From: an uncultured Lentisphaerales bacterium
GTDB lineage: Bacteria > Verrucomicrobiota > Lentisphaeria > JABSQK01 > UBA12247
Length of the DNA stretch: 64,000 bases
NCBI GenBank assembly: GCA_943788985.1
Contig: CALSSJ010000026.1
Span: 32,001-96,000, forward strand
Direction of reading: 5' to 3'
Shown: piece after piece, positions 49,434-59,640 of the stretch
Position numbering within the stretch: the stretch's first letter is position 1
Layout of the letters: each line of letters starts with the position of its first letter
Notes under the pieces: model-generated
The model's input: the letters and a program-made list of their open reading frames with translations, nothing else
Databases searched by the model: none
What the model was told of the DNA's origin: nothing
Program-made: the position numbers and the translations under genes

Positions 49434-50024
49434 ATGTCCCAGTCTACTCCGTCAGTATCGCTGACCCCTCGCTTAGAAACCGGCAGCGCTGCTTCCCGGA
49501 ATCTGCGGCGCGCTGGCCAAGTGCCATGCGTTATATATGGACTACAGCAACCATTGGCCGTTACGGGGGCAGCAAAAGAGCTCCAAGAGATCGTCCATCA
49601 CCCTAGCACGATTCGCCTTGAGATTGCCGGTGAAGCCGAGCCACGTCTCGCGGTTGTGCGCCAGCATCAGAATAATTATCTCGGCATGCAGCTAGATCAC
49701 GTAGACTTTCAGGAAGTTCTACCAGAGCAGCTCGTGACGATAGAAGTAGCAGTCAACCTGCATGGCGATCCGGTGGGCATGGCACGTGGAGGCCAACTCC
49801 GCCAGATGCTGTACACTCTTGAGCTTCGCGTCCCGGCGGGTGCCATTCCAGATCACATCGACGCTGATGTCGTGGATATGGAACTGAATGACAAGCTTCA
49901 CATTAGTGACCTCGCACTGCCCCAAGGCGCAATTCCTGTCCTTGAAGGCAGAGTCCTTGTCGCTCAAGTCACCACCGGTCGTGGCGGCAGCGACGATGAT
50001 GATGACGACGACGCTGGCGAATAG
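49434..50024 (+). CDS. rplY: 50S ribosomal protein bL25/Ctc
   Basis: RNLRRAGQVPCVIYG, HVDFQEV, long Ctc form with acidic tail. Confidence 0.93.
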   Translation: MSQSTPSVSLTPRLETGSAASRNLRRAGQVPCVIYGLQQPLAVTGAAKELQEIVHHPSTIRLEIAGEAEPRLAVVRQHQNNYLGMQLDHVDFQEVLPEQLVTIEVAVNLHGDPVGMARGGQLRQMLYTLELRVPAGAIPDHIDADVVDMELNDKLHISDLALPQGAIPVLEGRVLVAQVTTGRGGSDDDDDDDAGE

Positions 50025-50079
50025 AACCACGAACTAGGAGGTGTGCTGACCACGATAAATTCTCTCACTCTATCCTCTT

Positions 50080-50703
50080 ATGAACGCGCACAGAACTGAA
50101 CCACTGCATCTGATCGTGGGCCTAGGCAATCCAGGCAACGAATACGAAGCAACACGCCATAACATCGGCTTTATGCTGGTTGATCAAGTTCGGAAACGGC
50201 TCGGCTGGCAGAATCGCGAGGTGCAACACACCGCCGATAGCTTTGTTTGCGAAGGCTCGGTGGGTTGCAGAAAACTCTGGTTGCAGAAACCGCAGACCTA
50301 CATGAATTGCAGCGGCAACGCCGTCGCAAAGTGGGTTCGCAAGCAGCAGATTTCTCCAGCATCAGTTTTGCTCGTGTACGATGACATGGATCTACCGTTA
50401 GGCAGGATGCGCTTTCGCACCAAAGGCAGCAGCGGTGGCCACAAAGGCGTACAGAGCGTAGCAGATGAGTTGCAAACCGGCGGGTTTAACCGCTTGCGAC
50501 TGGGAATAGGACACGGAGAGAACGGAACAATTGACCATGTACTGAGCGGCTTCAGCGCCGATGAGCTCCCCATTGTGGAACTCGTGCTAGCAAAAGCCAC
50601 AGAGGCAGTCATGGCAGCAATTGGTAGGGACGTCAGCACAGCGATGAGCTTATACAACGGAATCACAGTGACTTTAGAACAGACGGAGATAGAAAACGCA
50701 TGA
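50080..50703 (+). CDS. pth: Peptidyl-tRNA hydrolase
   Basis: GLGNPG..Y..TRHNIGF, KPQTYMN.SG, DDMDLP, SSGGHKG. Confidence 0.96.
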   Translation: MNAHRTEPLHLIVGLGNPGNEYEATRHNIGFMLVDQVRKRLGWQNREVQHTADSFVCEGSVGCRKLWLQKPQTYMNCSGNAVAKWVRKQQISPASVLLVYDDMDLPLGRMRFRTKGSSGGHKGVQSVADELQTGGFNRLRLGIGHGENGTIDHVLSGFSADELPIVELVLAKATEAVMAAIGRDVSTAMSLYNGITVTLEQTEIENA

Positions 50704-51047
50704 AATTACGGAAATATCAGGCCATCCTGATCGTAGATGACCGCAAGTTTGACGATGGCGGCGACGCTTTCATGGAGAGCGTTGGTGAAGTAATCACCGA
50801 ATTGGGCGGCACCTTGGACGCTTCCGAGAATCTGGGGCGACGCCAAATGGCCCACCCGATCCGTCGGCGGAATTCCGCGACATATTGGGAATTGCTTCTC
50901 ACCCTGCCCGCTCACGAGGTCGTAAACCTCAAAGACCGCTACCGCCTGAACAACGTGGTATTTCGTCTCGAGGTTTTCCTGTTCGACCGCCCGGAACTGT
51001 TCTCTAAGAACCCGGCGATTGCAGCGCAACCAAGCAGCGCTATCTAA
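50700..51047 (+). CDS. rpsF: 30S ribosomal protein bS6
   Basis: RKYQAILI...LGRRQMAHPI...A.Y; position before ssb-rpsR-rplI. Confidence 0.88.
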   Translation: MKLRKYQAILIVDDRKFDDGGDAFMESVGEVITELGGTLDASENLGRRQMAHPIRRRNSATYWELLLTLPAHEVVNLKDRYRLNNVVFRLEVFLFDRPELFSKNPAIAAQPSSAI

Positions 51048-51081
51048 GGACGCCGCGGAATGATGTGGAATTGCAACGAGC

Positions 51082-51513
51082 ATGGTTTCCCTCAATACAG
51101 TCGTTCTCTTGGGACATCTGACACGAGAGCCACAACTGCGCTATTCCACATCTGGCCGGCCGCTGTGCGATCTGGGGTTGGCGATCAACCGACGCAGGCG
51201 CGAAGAGGACGAAGTATGCTTTCTGGATGTACAAGTGACAGGACGCCAAGCGGAGAACTGCAAAAGTTATCTTCGCCGTGGCACCACCGTGCTGATTCAC
51301 GGTCGCTTATACACTCATACCTGGACGGATCGTCACAGTCAGGAGCAGCGTCAGTTGCGCGTCCTCGCCGAGCACGTACAGTTGATGGCCTCGGAGAACC
51401 GCCGCGGCGACGACCTGAGACCACTTCCAGTCGAGGAGCCACCGCTTGCCATCCAGCCGGAGCTTCCGCCCCCCTTCCCAGCAGCGGATCCGCCCGAAGC
51501 GGAATCGTTCTAA
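51082..51513 (+). CDS. ssb: Single-stranded DNA-binding protein
   Basis: LNTVVLLGHLTREPQLRY, GRQAENC..YL.RG..V.I.GRL..W. Confidence 0.92.
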   Translation: MVSLNTVVLLGHLTREPQLRYSTSGRPLCDLGLAINRRRREEDEVCFLDVQVTGRQAENCKSYLRRGTTVLIHGRLYTHTWTDRHSQEQRQLRVLAEHVQLMASENRRGDDLRPLPVEEPPLAIQPELPPPFPAADPPEAESF

Positions 51514-51558
51514 CCAAAGTTTTGTAAATAAAGTCGACAGTCAAGGAGAGAAAAAAGT

Positions 51559-51792
51559 ATGGCCCCACCAAAGAAACGTCGCCGCGTTGTGCGCAACACC
51601 CGGCCAAAGGTCTGCCGGTTCTGCGAAGACGCTATCGTATACATCGATTATCGTGACAACCTGCTACTTCGTCGGTTCATCACCGAGAAAGGCAAGATTG
51701 TACCTCGCCGCGTTACGGGAACCTGCCCAAATCATCAGAAGATGCTGTCTCGCGCCATCAAGCGCGCCCGATCGCTCTCTGTGGTGAAGTAA
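51559..51792 (+). CDS. rpsR: 30S ribosomal protein bS18 (Zn-binding C+ form)
   Basis: CRFC, IDYRD, GKIVPRRVTGTCPNHQ, AIKRAR. Confidence 0.96.
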   Translation: MAPPKKRRRVVRNTRPKVCRFCEDAIVYIDYRDNLLLRRFITEKGKIVPRRVTGTCPNHQKMLSRAIKRARSLSVVK

Positions 51793-51804
51793 GGAGTCAC
51801 AGAC

Positions 51805-52254
51805 ATGTCAGTTGAACTTATTCTCCTGGACAACATCGAGCACTTGGGAAACATTGGTGACCAAGTCCGCGTTGCACCTGGCTATGCCCGGAATTATCTC
51901 ATGCCTCGCGGTCTGGCGACCAAAGCCTCCCCCGGCACCTTGCGTCAGCTAGAATCTCGCAAGAAGATTGTAGCAGCGCGTCTGGCCGCCGAAATGAAGG
52001 AATGGCAAGCAGTTGCTGAGCGCATTCAGGCTCACTCCGTGTCCATCCCGGTGCAGGCAGATGACGACGAGCACCTCTATGGCTCCGTCACCCAGCAGCA
52101 GATCGTGGACGCATTCAAGGATATCGAAGTGAATTTGCAACGTCGGCAGGTCGCCCTGGGCGAGCCAATCCGCGCGCTCGGTGTGTACACCGTCGAGATT
52201 CACCTGCATCCGGAAGTAAGAACAGAAGCAAAGGTCTGGGTAGTCCGGGCCTAA
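51805..52254 (+). CDS. rplI: 50S ribosomal protein bL9
   Basis: LGNIGDQVRVAPGYARNYL, LYGSV, PIRALG. Confidence 0.96.
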   Translation: MSVELILLDNIEHLGNIGDQVRVAPGYARNYLMPRGLATKASPGTLRQLESRKKIVAARLAAEMKEWQAVAERIQAHSVSIPVQADDDEHLYGSVTQQQIVDAFKDIEVNLQRRQVALGEPIRALGVYTVEIHLHPEVRTEAKVWVVRA

Positions 52255-52278
52255 GCAGCATACAACGGAGTTGTCGTT

Positions 52279-52539
52279 ATGGCACATAAGAAAGGTCAAT
52301 CAAGCAGCCGGAACGGCCGCGATAGTAATCCGCAATATCGCGGAGTGAAATTGTACGGTGGCCAGAAATGCACTGCCGGTAGCATCATTATCCGCCAGTG
52401 CGGGACGAAGTTCCATCCAGGAAAGAACGTAGGCGTTGGCAGTGACTACACATTGTTCGCGCTAGTCGACGGAACGGTCTTGTACCAGAAGAGCCGTCGT
52501 CGCGTACATGTGGTCCCAGCTGAGGCCGCAGAAGCGTAA
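52279..52539 (+). CDS. rpmA: 50S ribosomal protein bL27
   Basis: [39 protein letters not shown]. Confidence 0.97.
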   Translation: MAHKKGQSSSRNGRDSNPQYRGVKLYGGQKCTAGSIIIRQCGTKFHPGKNVGVGSDYTLFALVDGTVLYQKSRRRVHVVPAEAAEA

Positions 52540-52553
52540 ACGGTCTTCTGTCG

Positions 52554-53057
52554 TTGCAAGTCTTTGCCTACGGGTCGTTGATCTGGCACCCGGGTTTTCC
52601 GTTCCGTACTGTGCGTAAGGGATGGTTACCCGGGTGGAGACGCGTCCTCTGGCAAGGATCGACAGACCACCGCGGGTGCCCCGGCTCCCCCGGTAGGGTG
52701 GTGACGCTGGTTCCGGACCAGACCGCCCAGTGCCTAGGCTTGCTTTACACCGTCGAGCCGGGCCACGAATCCTCTACTCGCTCGTACCTTGATGTCCGTG
52801 AGCAAGGCGGCTACCTCCCGCGCAACGCGGCCGTTCTTCCGGATAATGACCAGGCTTTGTTTTATGTCGCCGAGCCGAACAATCCGAACTTCTTGGGGCC
52901 CAGCCCACTGCCACAGCTAGTGGCCCAAATCCTTGCGGCCCATGGCCCCAGCGGCCCAAATCTGGAATACGTCCTGAAGCTGCATTGGGCTCTCCAGAAG
53001 CATGGCATTGTGGATGCTCATATCAGCGAGATAGCCGCTCAGTTGCAGGCGAGCTAG
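52554..53057 (+). CDS. ChaC-like glutathione-specific gamma-glutamylcyclotransferase
   Basis: VFAYGSLIW, STDHRG...PGRVVTL, YLDVRE..GY, GPSGPN.EY. Confidence 0.9.
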   Translation: MQVFAYGSLIWHPGFPFRTVRKGWLPGWRRVLWQGSTDHRGCPGSPGRVVTLVPDQTAQCLGLLYTVEPGHESSTRSYLDVREQGGYLPRNAAVLPDNDQALFYVAEPNNPNFLGPSPLPQLVAQILAAHGPSGPNLEYVLKLHWALQKHGIVDAHISEIAAQLQAS

Positions 53058-53195
53058 GCACGATTGGTCTCGCGCGGTTGGCGTTGGTCCGCTAGGGTTT
53101 ACTGTGCTACCCGGCGGAGGCGCTCCTGCAGTCGCGAGAGCGACTCTCCATTGCCTTTTCTAGCCTTGCTCCTGCTGCGCGGACCCCAAGATCTG

Positions 53196-56061
53196 ATGGA
53201 AGTAAAATTCAATTGCACCTTCTGCCGCCGCAAGATTTCTGCGGGCCGGGGAGTATGCTGGAATGTTGGTAGACTGCCCGTCATGCGGCTGCAAACTTGA
53301 CGTCCCCTCTCCCGCCTTCAATACTGGTGATCGGCTAGGCAAGTATATCATCGACCAGTGCCTCGGCGCCGGGGCGATGGGTGAGGTGTATCTTGCTCAA
53401 GAAGACGGCGGCTTTGCCGAGGTAGCCCTGAAAGTGATCTCCTTGAAAGGAGTGGACCAGGAAGACCTGGAGCGTTTCCAAAAGGAAGTAAAGCTCCAAG
53501 CCAGCATTCACCATCCCAATATTGTCCCGGCCTACAAAGCTGGCGAAGTGGATGGCTACCACTTTCTGGCAATGGCCTACATCGAAGGGGAATCTCTAGC
53601 AGACCGGCAATCTCGCGTCGGGCGTATGGACGAGCAGGAGGTTCTGGAGATCGGCCAGACGATCTCCAAAGCCCTTCACTACGCTTGGGAAGAGGTAAAC
53701 CTTCTGCACCGGGACATCAAGCCAGCGAACATCATGCTGGATAAGAATGGCCATGTCATGCTCGCGGACCTGGGAATCGCGAAGAGCAGCAACCTGGACC
53801 CTGGCCTTACTACGGTCGGTTTCGCTTTGGGAACCCCAGACTACATGAGCCCCGAGCAGGCACGTGTCGAGACTGTGGACTGCCGAACGGACATTTATGC
53901 GTTGGGAGCGACCCTGTTTCATTTGCTCGCCGGTGAGCCCCCGCACGATGCCAACTCGGTCGCAGAGGTCCTGGCAAACAAGTTCAATCTGCCAGCACCG
54001 GATGTCCGCGAGTTTAACCCCGCAATCAGTGCAAATACTGCCCGTCTGTTACAGCGAATGCTTTCCCGTAGCCGTGAGAAACGAGCAGAAGATTGGCTGG
54101 CGCAAGAAGGCGAGTTTAAGCGCGTTCTTGTCGGGAAGCCCCCGGAGGCTCCCGCCCCGGTTCCCGTTGCAATTAAAACAGTGGATAAGCCAGCTGAGGA
54201 GCCAGCTCAGGTGACCTTTCACCGGTCCCCTAGGAAATTTCGGCGGGCGGACCGGAAGGTTGGGATGGCCAAGGGCGGCTGCGCGGGAACCGGCGTCGGA
54301 ATCGTTGTCTTCCTGGCTATTCTGGCCTTGATTGCGGGCGCATTTGTCATGAACCGGTCGACGCCTGCCGTCGTTCCGCAGGACACTGTGGTAGAAGCTC
54401 CCCCTCCCCTCCCGCCCCCAGAGCCCGTTCTGCTTCCCGCTGAGACAGCGCCCACGGTCCCTGAAGAGCCTGCGGCCCTGGCAGACGCACAGCGCAGTCT
54501 GGCTTCTCAGTTGATCGAGAGCGGTGATTTCAAAGTAGCGGATCGCCTGATCAAGGAGCTAGCAGCTAAGGGGAATACCGTCGCCTCGCTGACCAAGCAG
54601 TATGATGCCGCCGTGCGGCTCGCGCAGGAACGAGCCTTGAAGAGGCGTCTGGCTGGAAAACTTGGCGGTGTTGCTGATGCAATCGTGGGGGGGGAGATGC
54701 GAAAGGCTGAAGCCGCTGCAGAAGCCCTCGTGGCCGAGTCTGCGGAGTTCGCAGCCGTCCCGGAGTTCAGCGCGGCAAGACCGCGCCTGGAGTTGTTGAC
54801 AGACGACGCGATTAGCAAGGTCCTACTCCACCAGCTCTCCGGCACCGTAGGCCAAACCCTGATGCTGCAGACCAAAGATGGCCCAGAGGTCATCCATGTA
54901 ACCGCCGTGGACCCGAGAGGCATTCGAGGGCGCAAGCGTACCCCCACCAGCTACACCTTCTTGCGGATTGCGCTGAGCGCACTGACGGATGAGGAAGTGG
55001 TAGAACGCGTTCGCCCCAGCAAGCCTCATGGTCGCTATCTCGCAGCCGTGGCGATGGCCGCCAGAAGGATGCCCCACGCACAAGCGGCAATGGCCAGTTT
55101 CGACGATCCCCTGTCTGCACTGATCGCAACTCGCTTGCCCAAGAGCGGAGACTCAGAGGCCACACGATCGAAGAAGCAGCCTGCCCCAGAGAACGGAGCC
55201 AAAGCTGAGTTTTCACGCCTGTTGCATGGCCTAGGACTGCCCCCCAAAAGTGGGGCAGCAGAATGGTTCAAGCTGCTTTTCGCAAAACGTGACGACGCCG
55301 ACTACCTGGCCACCGTGCGGGCTGCGACACAGCTTTATCTGAGGCAGTACGGAGCCAAGCTGACGGCGCAGCAGCGGACCTTGGTGAATTTCATGGCGAC
55401 GATCGAGACCGAGTTCTGGCCCCCATCGCGGCCTGCGACCGCGTTGCGAACTCCGCAATTGGAGACGCACCGCCTGTGGGCACTGGAGAACGTCGAGACC
55501 GGTGCCAAGGGAACCTGGCGCTTCGAAAACGGCCGCGCGCATTTCAGGGAGAGCGAGGCCCTCCGGAGTTTTTACAAAGCCTGCAAAGCTCAGTCCGAAT
55601 TCACGGTTGAGGTGATGTTTCGGACGTCTTCAATTTTCCAGACCGGCCCGGCACGAATTGTCAGCGCGTCGAACGGCCCGCATCACCGCAACTTCAGCCT
55701 GGTACAGGACGGACGCTCTCTGCAGATCAGGGTGCGTACCAGCGAGAATGGCCGGAACGGAGACAAAATTCAACCGAAGCTATTTCTGCTGCGTAACAAC
55801 GCGCTGACCCATGTGATTGTCACCTACCAGGACGGGGAGTTGTGCGCCTATGAGAACGGTGCCTTGAAATCCACAGTGCGCACAATTAGGGGGAGCCTGA
55901 GCGATTGGCAAGACTTCGAGTTTCTTCTGGGTAACGAGGTGGACGTGGACCGCCCATGGGAAGGCGCGATCTACCTGCACGCCGTTTATCCCCGCGCCCT
56001 GAATGAAGGCGAGGCCCAGCTCCATTTCACCACCGCGAAACAGATCATTAACGGGCGATAG
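53196..56061 (+). CDS. Membrane Ser/Thr kinase with N-terminal Zn ribbon and C-terminal LamG-like domain (indel near 53250)
   Basis: MEVKFNCTFC (from 53196) plus VDCPSCG; GAGAMG, ALK, HRDIKPAN, DLG, GTPDYMSPEQ; TM; FTVEV..GPARIV..HVIVTY..YENG..LLGNE..W.G.I. Confidence 0.9.
55444..55458. repeat. Iterated 15-bp palindrome, exact copy (in kinase gene)
   Basis: TTGCGAACTCCGCAA. Confidence 0.85.
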
Positions 56062-56065
56062 TAGT

Positions 56066-56764
56066 TTGTCTTTCGCCAACGCGTTTGAACGCTATGATAT
56101 CGGTGAGCAGTCCTATACGATTGCTGGCCGCACCATTTCAATCTCTGCCCCACGTGACCCAGCTGTGCTGCTAGATGAACTGATCGCCAACGGCAGCGAG
56201 GTAGATGTGACGGACGAGCGGCTCCCGTACTGGGCTGAAATTTGGTCGTCTTCGATTGCTCTGAGCGAGCATCTGCTGGAAGCTGGCGAGGTTGAGCCGA
56301 GCACGCGGTGCCTTGAGCTAGGCTGTGGATTGGGCCTGGTGGGCGTCTCTCTGGGGTTTCGGACGCCGCATGTCCGTTTCACCGACTATCAGCCGGACGC
56401 TGTCGCTATGGCTCGGCACAACTGGCGCGGCGCGCACGGCGGCGAGGCCGAAGGAGCGGTTCTGGACTGGCGCGAGCCCCCCGCCGACGGCCGCCGGTAT
56501 GATCTGGTGGTCGCCGCTGACGTGGCCTACGAGGAGCGTTTTTTTGCGCCCTTGGCCGATACCTTTTCACGCTGCCTGGCCCCCGGCGGCCACGTGATTC
56601 TGGCGGAACCAAGTCGCCCGGTGGCGGGAAGTTTTTACCTGATGTTGCGCGCCCGCGGTTGGTTGCATCAGGACACTCGCCGCACGGTGGCATCTAATCG
56701 CGGACCAGTGACCGTGCGTATTTCTACGTTTCGTCAGGGATCGTCGGCCGCTATTGCGTCTTGA
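56066..56764 (+). CDS. Class I SAM methyltransferase (METTL21/family-16-like)
   Basis: [33 protein letters not shown] start assumed. Confidence 0.85.
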   Translation: MSFANAFERYDIGEQSYTIAGRTISISAPRDPAVLLDELIANGSEVDVTDERLPYWAEIWSSSIALSEHLLEAGEVEPSTRCLELGCGLGLVGVSLGFRTPHVRFTDYQPDAVAMARHNWRGAHGGEAEGAVLDWREPPADGRRYDLVVAADVAYEERFFAPLADTFSRCLAPGGHVILAEPSRPVAGSFYLMLRARGWLHQDTRRTVASNRGPVTVRISTFRQGSSAAIAS

Positions 56765-56781
56765 AAGGTCTTTTGTATACT
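56754..56781 (+). promoter_or_regulatory. Putative sigma70 promoter of lepA
   Basis: TTGCGT-N16-TATACT. Confidence 0.55.
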
Positions 56782-56816
56782 ACCAACTACCTCAGATTTC
56801 GCGTTCAGGAATAGAT

Positions 56817-58623
56817 ATGGCAGATCGCTCTCGCATCCGAAACTTCTGCATCATCGCGCACATTGATCACGGCAAGTCCACGCTGGCTGATCGCTTCATG
56901 CAGCATACGTCCACCGTTCAAGACCGAGATTTCCAGGATCAACTTCTGGATGACATGGATCTCGAACGTGAGCGCGGCATTACCATCAAGTCGCATCCGG
57001 TCCTCATTCACTATCGCGCCCAGGACGGCCACACCTACGAACTCAACCTGATCGACACGCCTGGGCACGTAGATTTTTCCTATGAGGTCAGCCGCAGCCT
57101 AGCGGCGTGCGAAGGCGCGCTGTTACTTATCGATGCCAGCCAGGGGGTCCAAGCACAGACCGTGGCAAACGTGACACTGGCCACCAATCTGGATTTGACC
57201 GTGATTCCCGTGATCAACAAGATCGACTTGCCAGCGGGCCAACATTGAGATGTGTAACGAGCAGCTTGAGGAGATTCTCGCAATTCCCGCTGACGAAGCG
57301 GTACACGCCAGCGCCAAGGCAGGCCTTGGCATTGAGGACATTCTTGAGGCAGTGGTCGCGCGCATTCCAGCTCCGAAGGAGCCGGAAGATGACTCCATTC
57401 GCGCGTTGATTTTCGACTCTGTCTATGACGCCTACCGAGGCGTGGTGAACTATGTACGCGTGGTCTCGGGAACGTTGGAGCGCGGGACAGCCATCCAGTT
57501 TTGTAGCACCAAGCTAAAATCGGAGGTCAAGGAAATCGGCGTATTCTCGCCGGGAATGAACCCCAAGGACAAGCTTGAGCCCGGTGGCGTGGGTTACGTC
57601 ATCGCGAACATCAAGTCACCCGATGACTCGAAGATGGGGGACACACTCACTGGCACGCATAATCCTTGCCAAGACCCCTTGCCTGGGTTCAAGGAATGCC
57701 AACCCATGGTATTCAGTGGGATCTACCCAATCGACACTAATGACTACGCCCAACTGAAGCTCAGCATGGGCAAGCTGCGCCTCAATGATGCCGCCTTCGA
57801 GTATCAGGCAGAGACTTCCGCCGCTCTGGGCTTTGGCTTTCGCTGCGGCTTTCTCGGGCTGCTCCATATGGAGATCATCCAAGAGCGCCTGCGTCGGGAG
57901 TACAACATGGACATCATCGCCACCTACCCCAGCGTAGTCTATCACGTCTTCAAGACCGATGGCAGCTCCGTTCAGATCGACAACCCACTCCACCTTCCCG
58001 ACCCGGTTAACATCGACCACATCGAAGAACCAATGGTCCTGTGCCATATCATGCTGCCCGGTGAGTATATCGGTGGCGTGATGAACCTGATCATGGACAA
58101 GCGCGGCTTCTGCCAGGAAACCATCTCCGTAGACCGCCTGCACATGATGTTGATCGCGCGCCTTCCCTTGCACGAGATCGTGATCGACTTCCACGACAAG
58201 CTCAAGACCATCACCCGCGGCTACGGCAGCATGGACTATGAACCCAACGGCTACGAACCCGCCCCACTGGTGAAACTGGAGATGCGCGTGAACGGCGATC
58301 CCGTCGACGCCTTTGCCACGATCGTGCATCGCGATCATGCGCAATCCCGGGGCCGTATTCTGGCCGAGCGCCTGAAAGACGTGATTCCACGCCACATGTT
58401 CAAAATCGCAATTCAGGCCGTCATTGGCGCCAATGTCGTGGCTCGCGAGACCATCGGGGCCCTACGGAAAGACGTGACAGCCAAGTGTTATGGCGGCGAT
58501 ATCACGCGGAAGCGCAAGCTGCTCGAGAAGCAGAAAGAGGGCAAGAAGAAAATGAAGCAGATCGGCAATGTAAACATCCCGCAGGATGCCTTCGTCAAGG
58601 TACTGAAATCCACGAAAAAGTGA
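56817..58623 (+). CDS. lepA: Elongation factor 4 (single indel near 57237)
   Basis: [69 protein letters not shown]. Confidence 0.97.
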
Positions 58624-58638
58624 TCACTGAGCACCGTA

Positions 58639-58839
58639 ATGACCATTCTCATCAACGATAAGCCACACGAACTGGACGAGCCTTGCTCGGTCGCAATTCT
58701 GCTTGAAAGACACGGTGCCCGCGCGGGGAGCGTGGCAGTCGCCCACAACGAGCAATTCGTGAGCCGTGCAAACTACGCAACCACAATCATGCAAGACGGT
58801 GACACGCTCGAGATTGTTGCGCCCATGCAAGGAGGCTGA
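58639..58839 (+). CDS. thiS: Thiamine sulfur carrier protein
   Basis: 66 aa, VAVAHN, GDTLEIV, C-terminal GG. Confidence 0.93.
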   Translation: MTILINDKPHELDEPCSVAILLERHGARAGSVAVAHNEQFVSRANYATTIMQDGDTLEIVAPMQGG

Positions 58840-58841
58840 TC

Positions 58842-59624
58842 ATGTGGACCCTCGCTGATGCCACGCTCCAAAGCCGATTCCTAATCGGCACCGCCCTGTA
58901 CCCATCTCCGGAGTCGATGCGCCAGGCGATCCAGGCGTCCGGCTCCGAAGTCGTCACAGTCTCACTGCGGCGGCAGCAGGCTGGCTCAGGCGGAGGCAAC
59001 GACTTCTGGGAGCTGATTCGCTCCCTGAACGTCCACGTGCTGCCAAACACCGCTGGCTGCCACACTATCAAAGAAGTCATGGCCACCGCCCACATGGCGC
59101 GCGAGCTGTTCGACACCAACTGGATCAAGGTGGAGATCATTGGCGATGAATACACGCTGCAGCCAGACACCGCGCAGCTGCTGGCAGTCACCGAGAGCTT
59201 GATCCGCGACGGCTTCGAAGTCTTTCCCTATACCACCGATGACCTGGTTGTGGCCCAGCGCCTGGCCGACCTGGGCTGCCGAATCGTGATGCCTTGGGCC
59301 TCCCCCATTGGCTCCGGCCAGGGCCTACTCAATCTCTACGCGCTCGAGACAATGCGCGCCAGACTGCCCCAGACTACGCTCATTATCGATGCTGGCATAG
59401 GCAAGCCCTCAGACGCTACCCGAGCCCTGGAGCTTGGCTTTGACGGTGTACTGCTAAACAGTGCAGTCGCCCTAGCCCGAGACCCCGTGGGCATGGCCTC
59501 CGCATTTCGCTATGCCTTGAACGCTGGCCGAGCAGCCTACGAAGCCGGTGTAATGCAGCCGCGCAACATGGCCCAGCCAAGCACACCTACCTTGGGAACA
59601 CCGTTCTGGGTGCAATCGAACTGA
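58842..59624 (+). CDS. thiG: Thiazole synthase
   Basis: [34 protein letters not shown]. Confidence 0.96.
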   Translation: MWTLADATLQSRFLIGTALYPSPESMRQAIQASGSEVVTVSLRRQQAGSGGGNDFWELIRSLNVHVLPNTAGCHTIKEVMATAHMARELFDTNWIKVEIIGDEYTLQPDTAQLLAVTESLIRDGFEVFPYTTDDLVVAQRLADLGCRIVMPWASPIGSGQGLLNLYALETMRARLPQTTLIIDAGIGKPSDATRALELGFDGVLLNSAVALARDPVGMASAFRYALNAGRAAYEAGVMQPRNMAQPSTPTLGTPFWVQSN

Positions 59625-59640
59625 TGCAGTCTCGCCAGCG

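Noticed and set aside
49990..50015. GAY trinucleotide repeat
   Set aside because: Encodes the poly-Asp tail of bL25.
57230..57250. Programmed frameshift in lepA
   Set aside because: No slippery site or known recoding in lepA; an extra G in a GGG run fits the general indel noise.
57616..58395. Long antisense ORFs (e.g. 259 aa opposite lepA, and many others in the track)
   Set aside because: Shadow ORFs expected from GC-rich codon usage; no recognisable motifs.
58600..58640. TPP riboswitch before thiS-thiG
   Set aside because: Only 15 bp separate lepA and thiS; there is no room for an aptamer.
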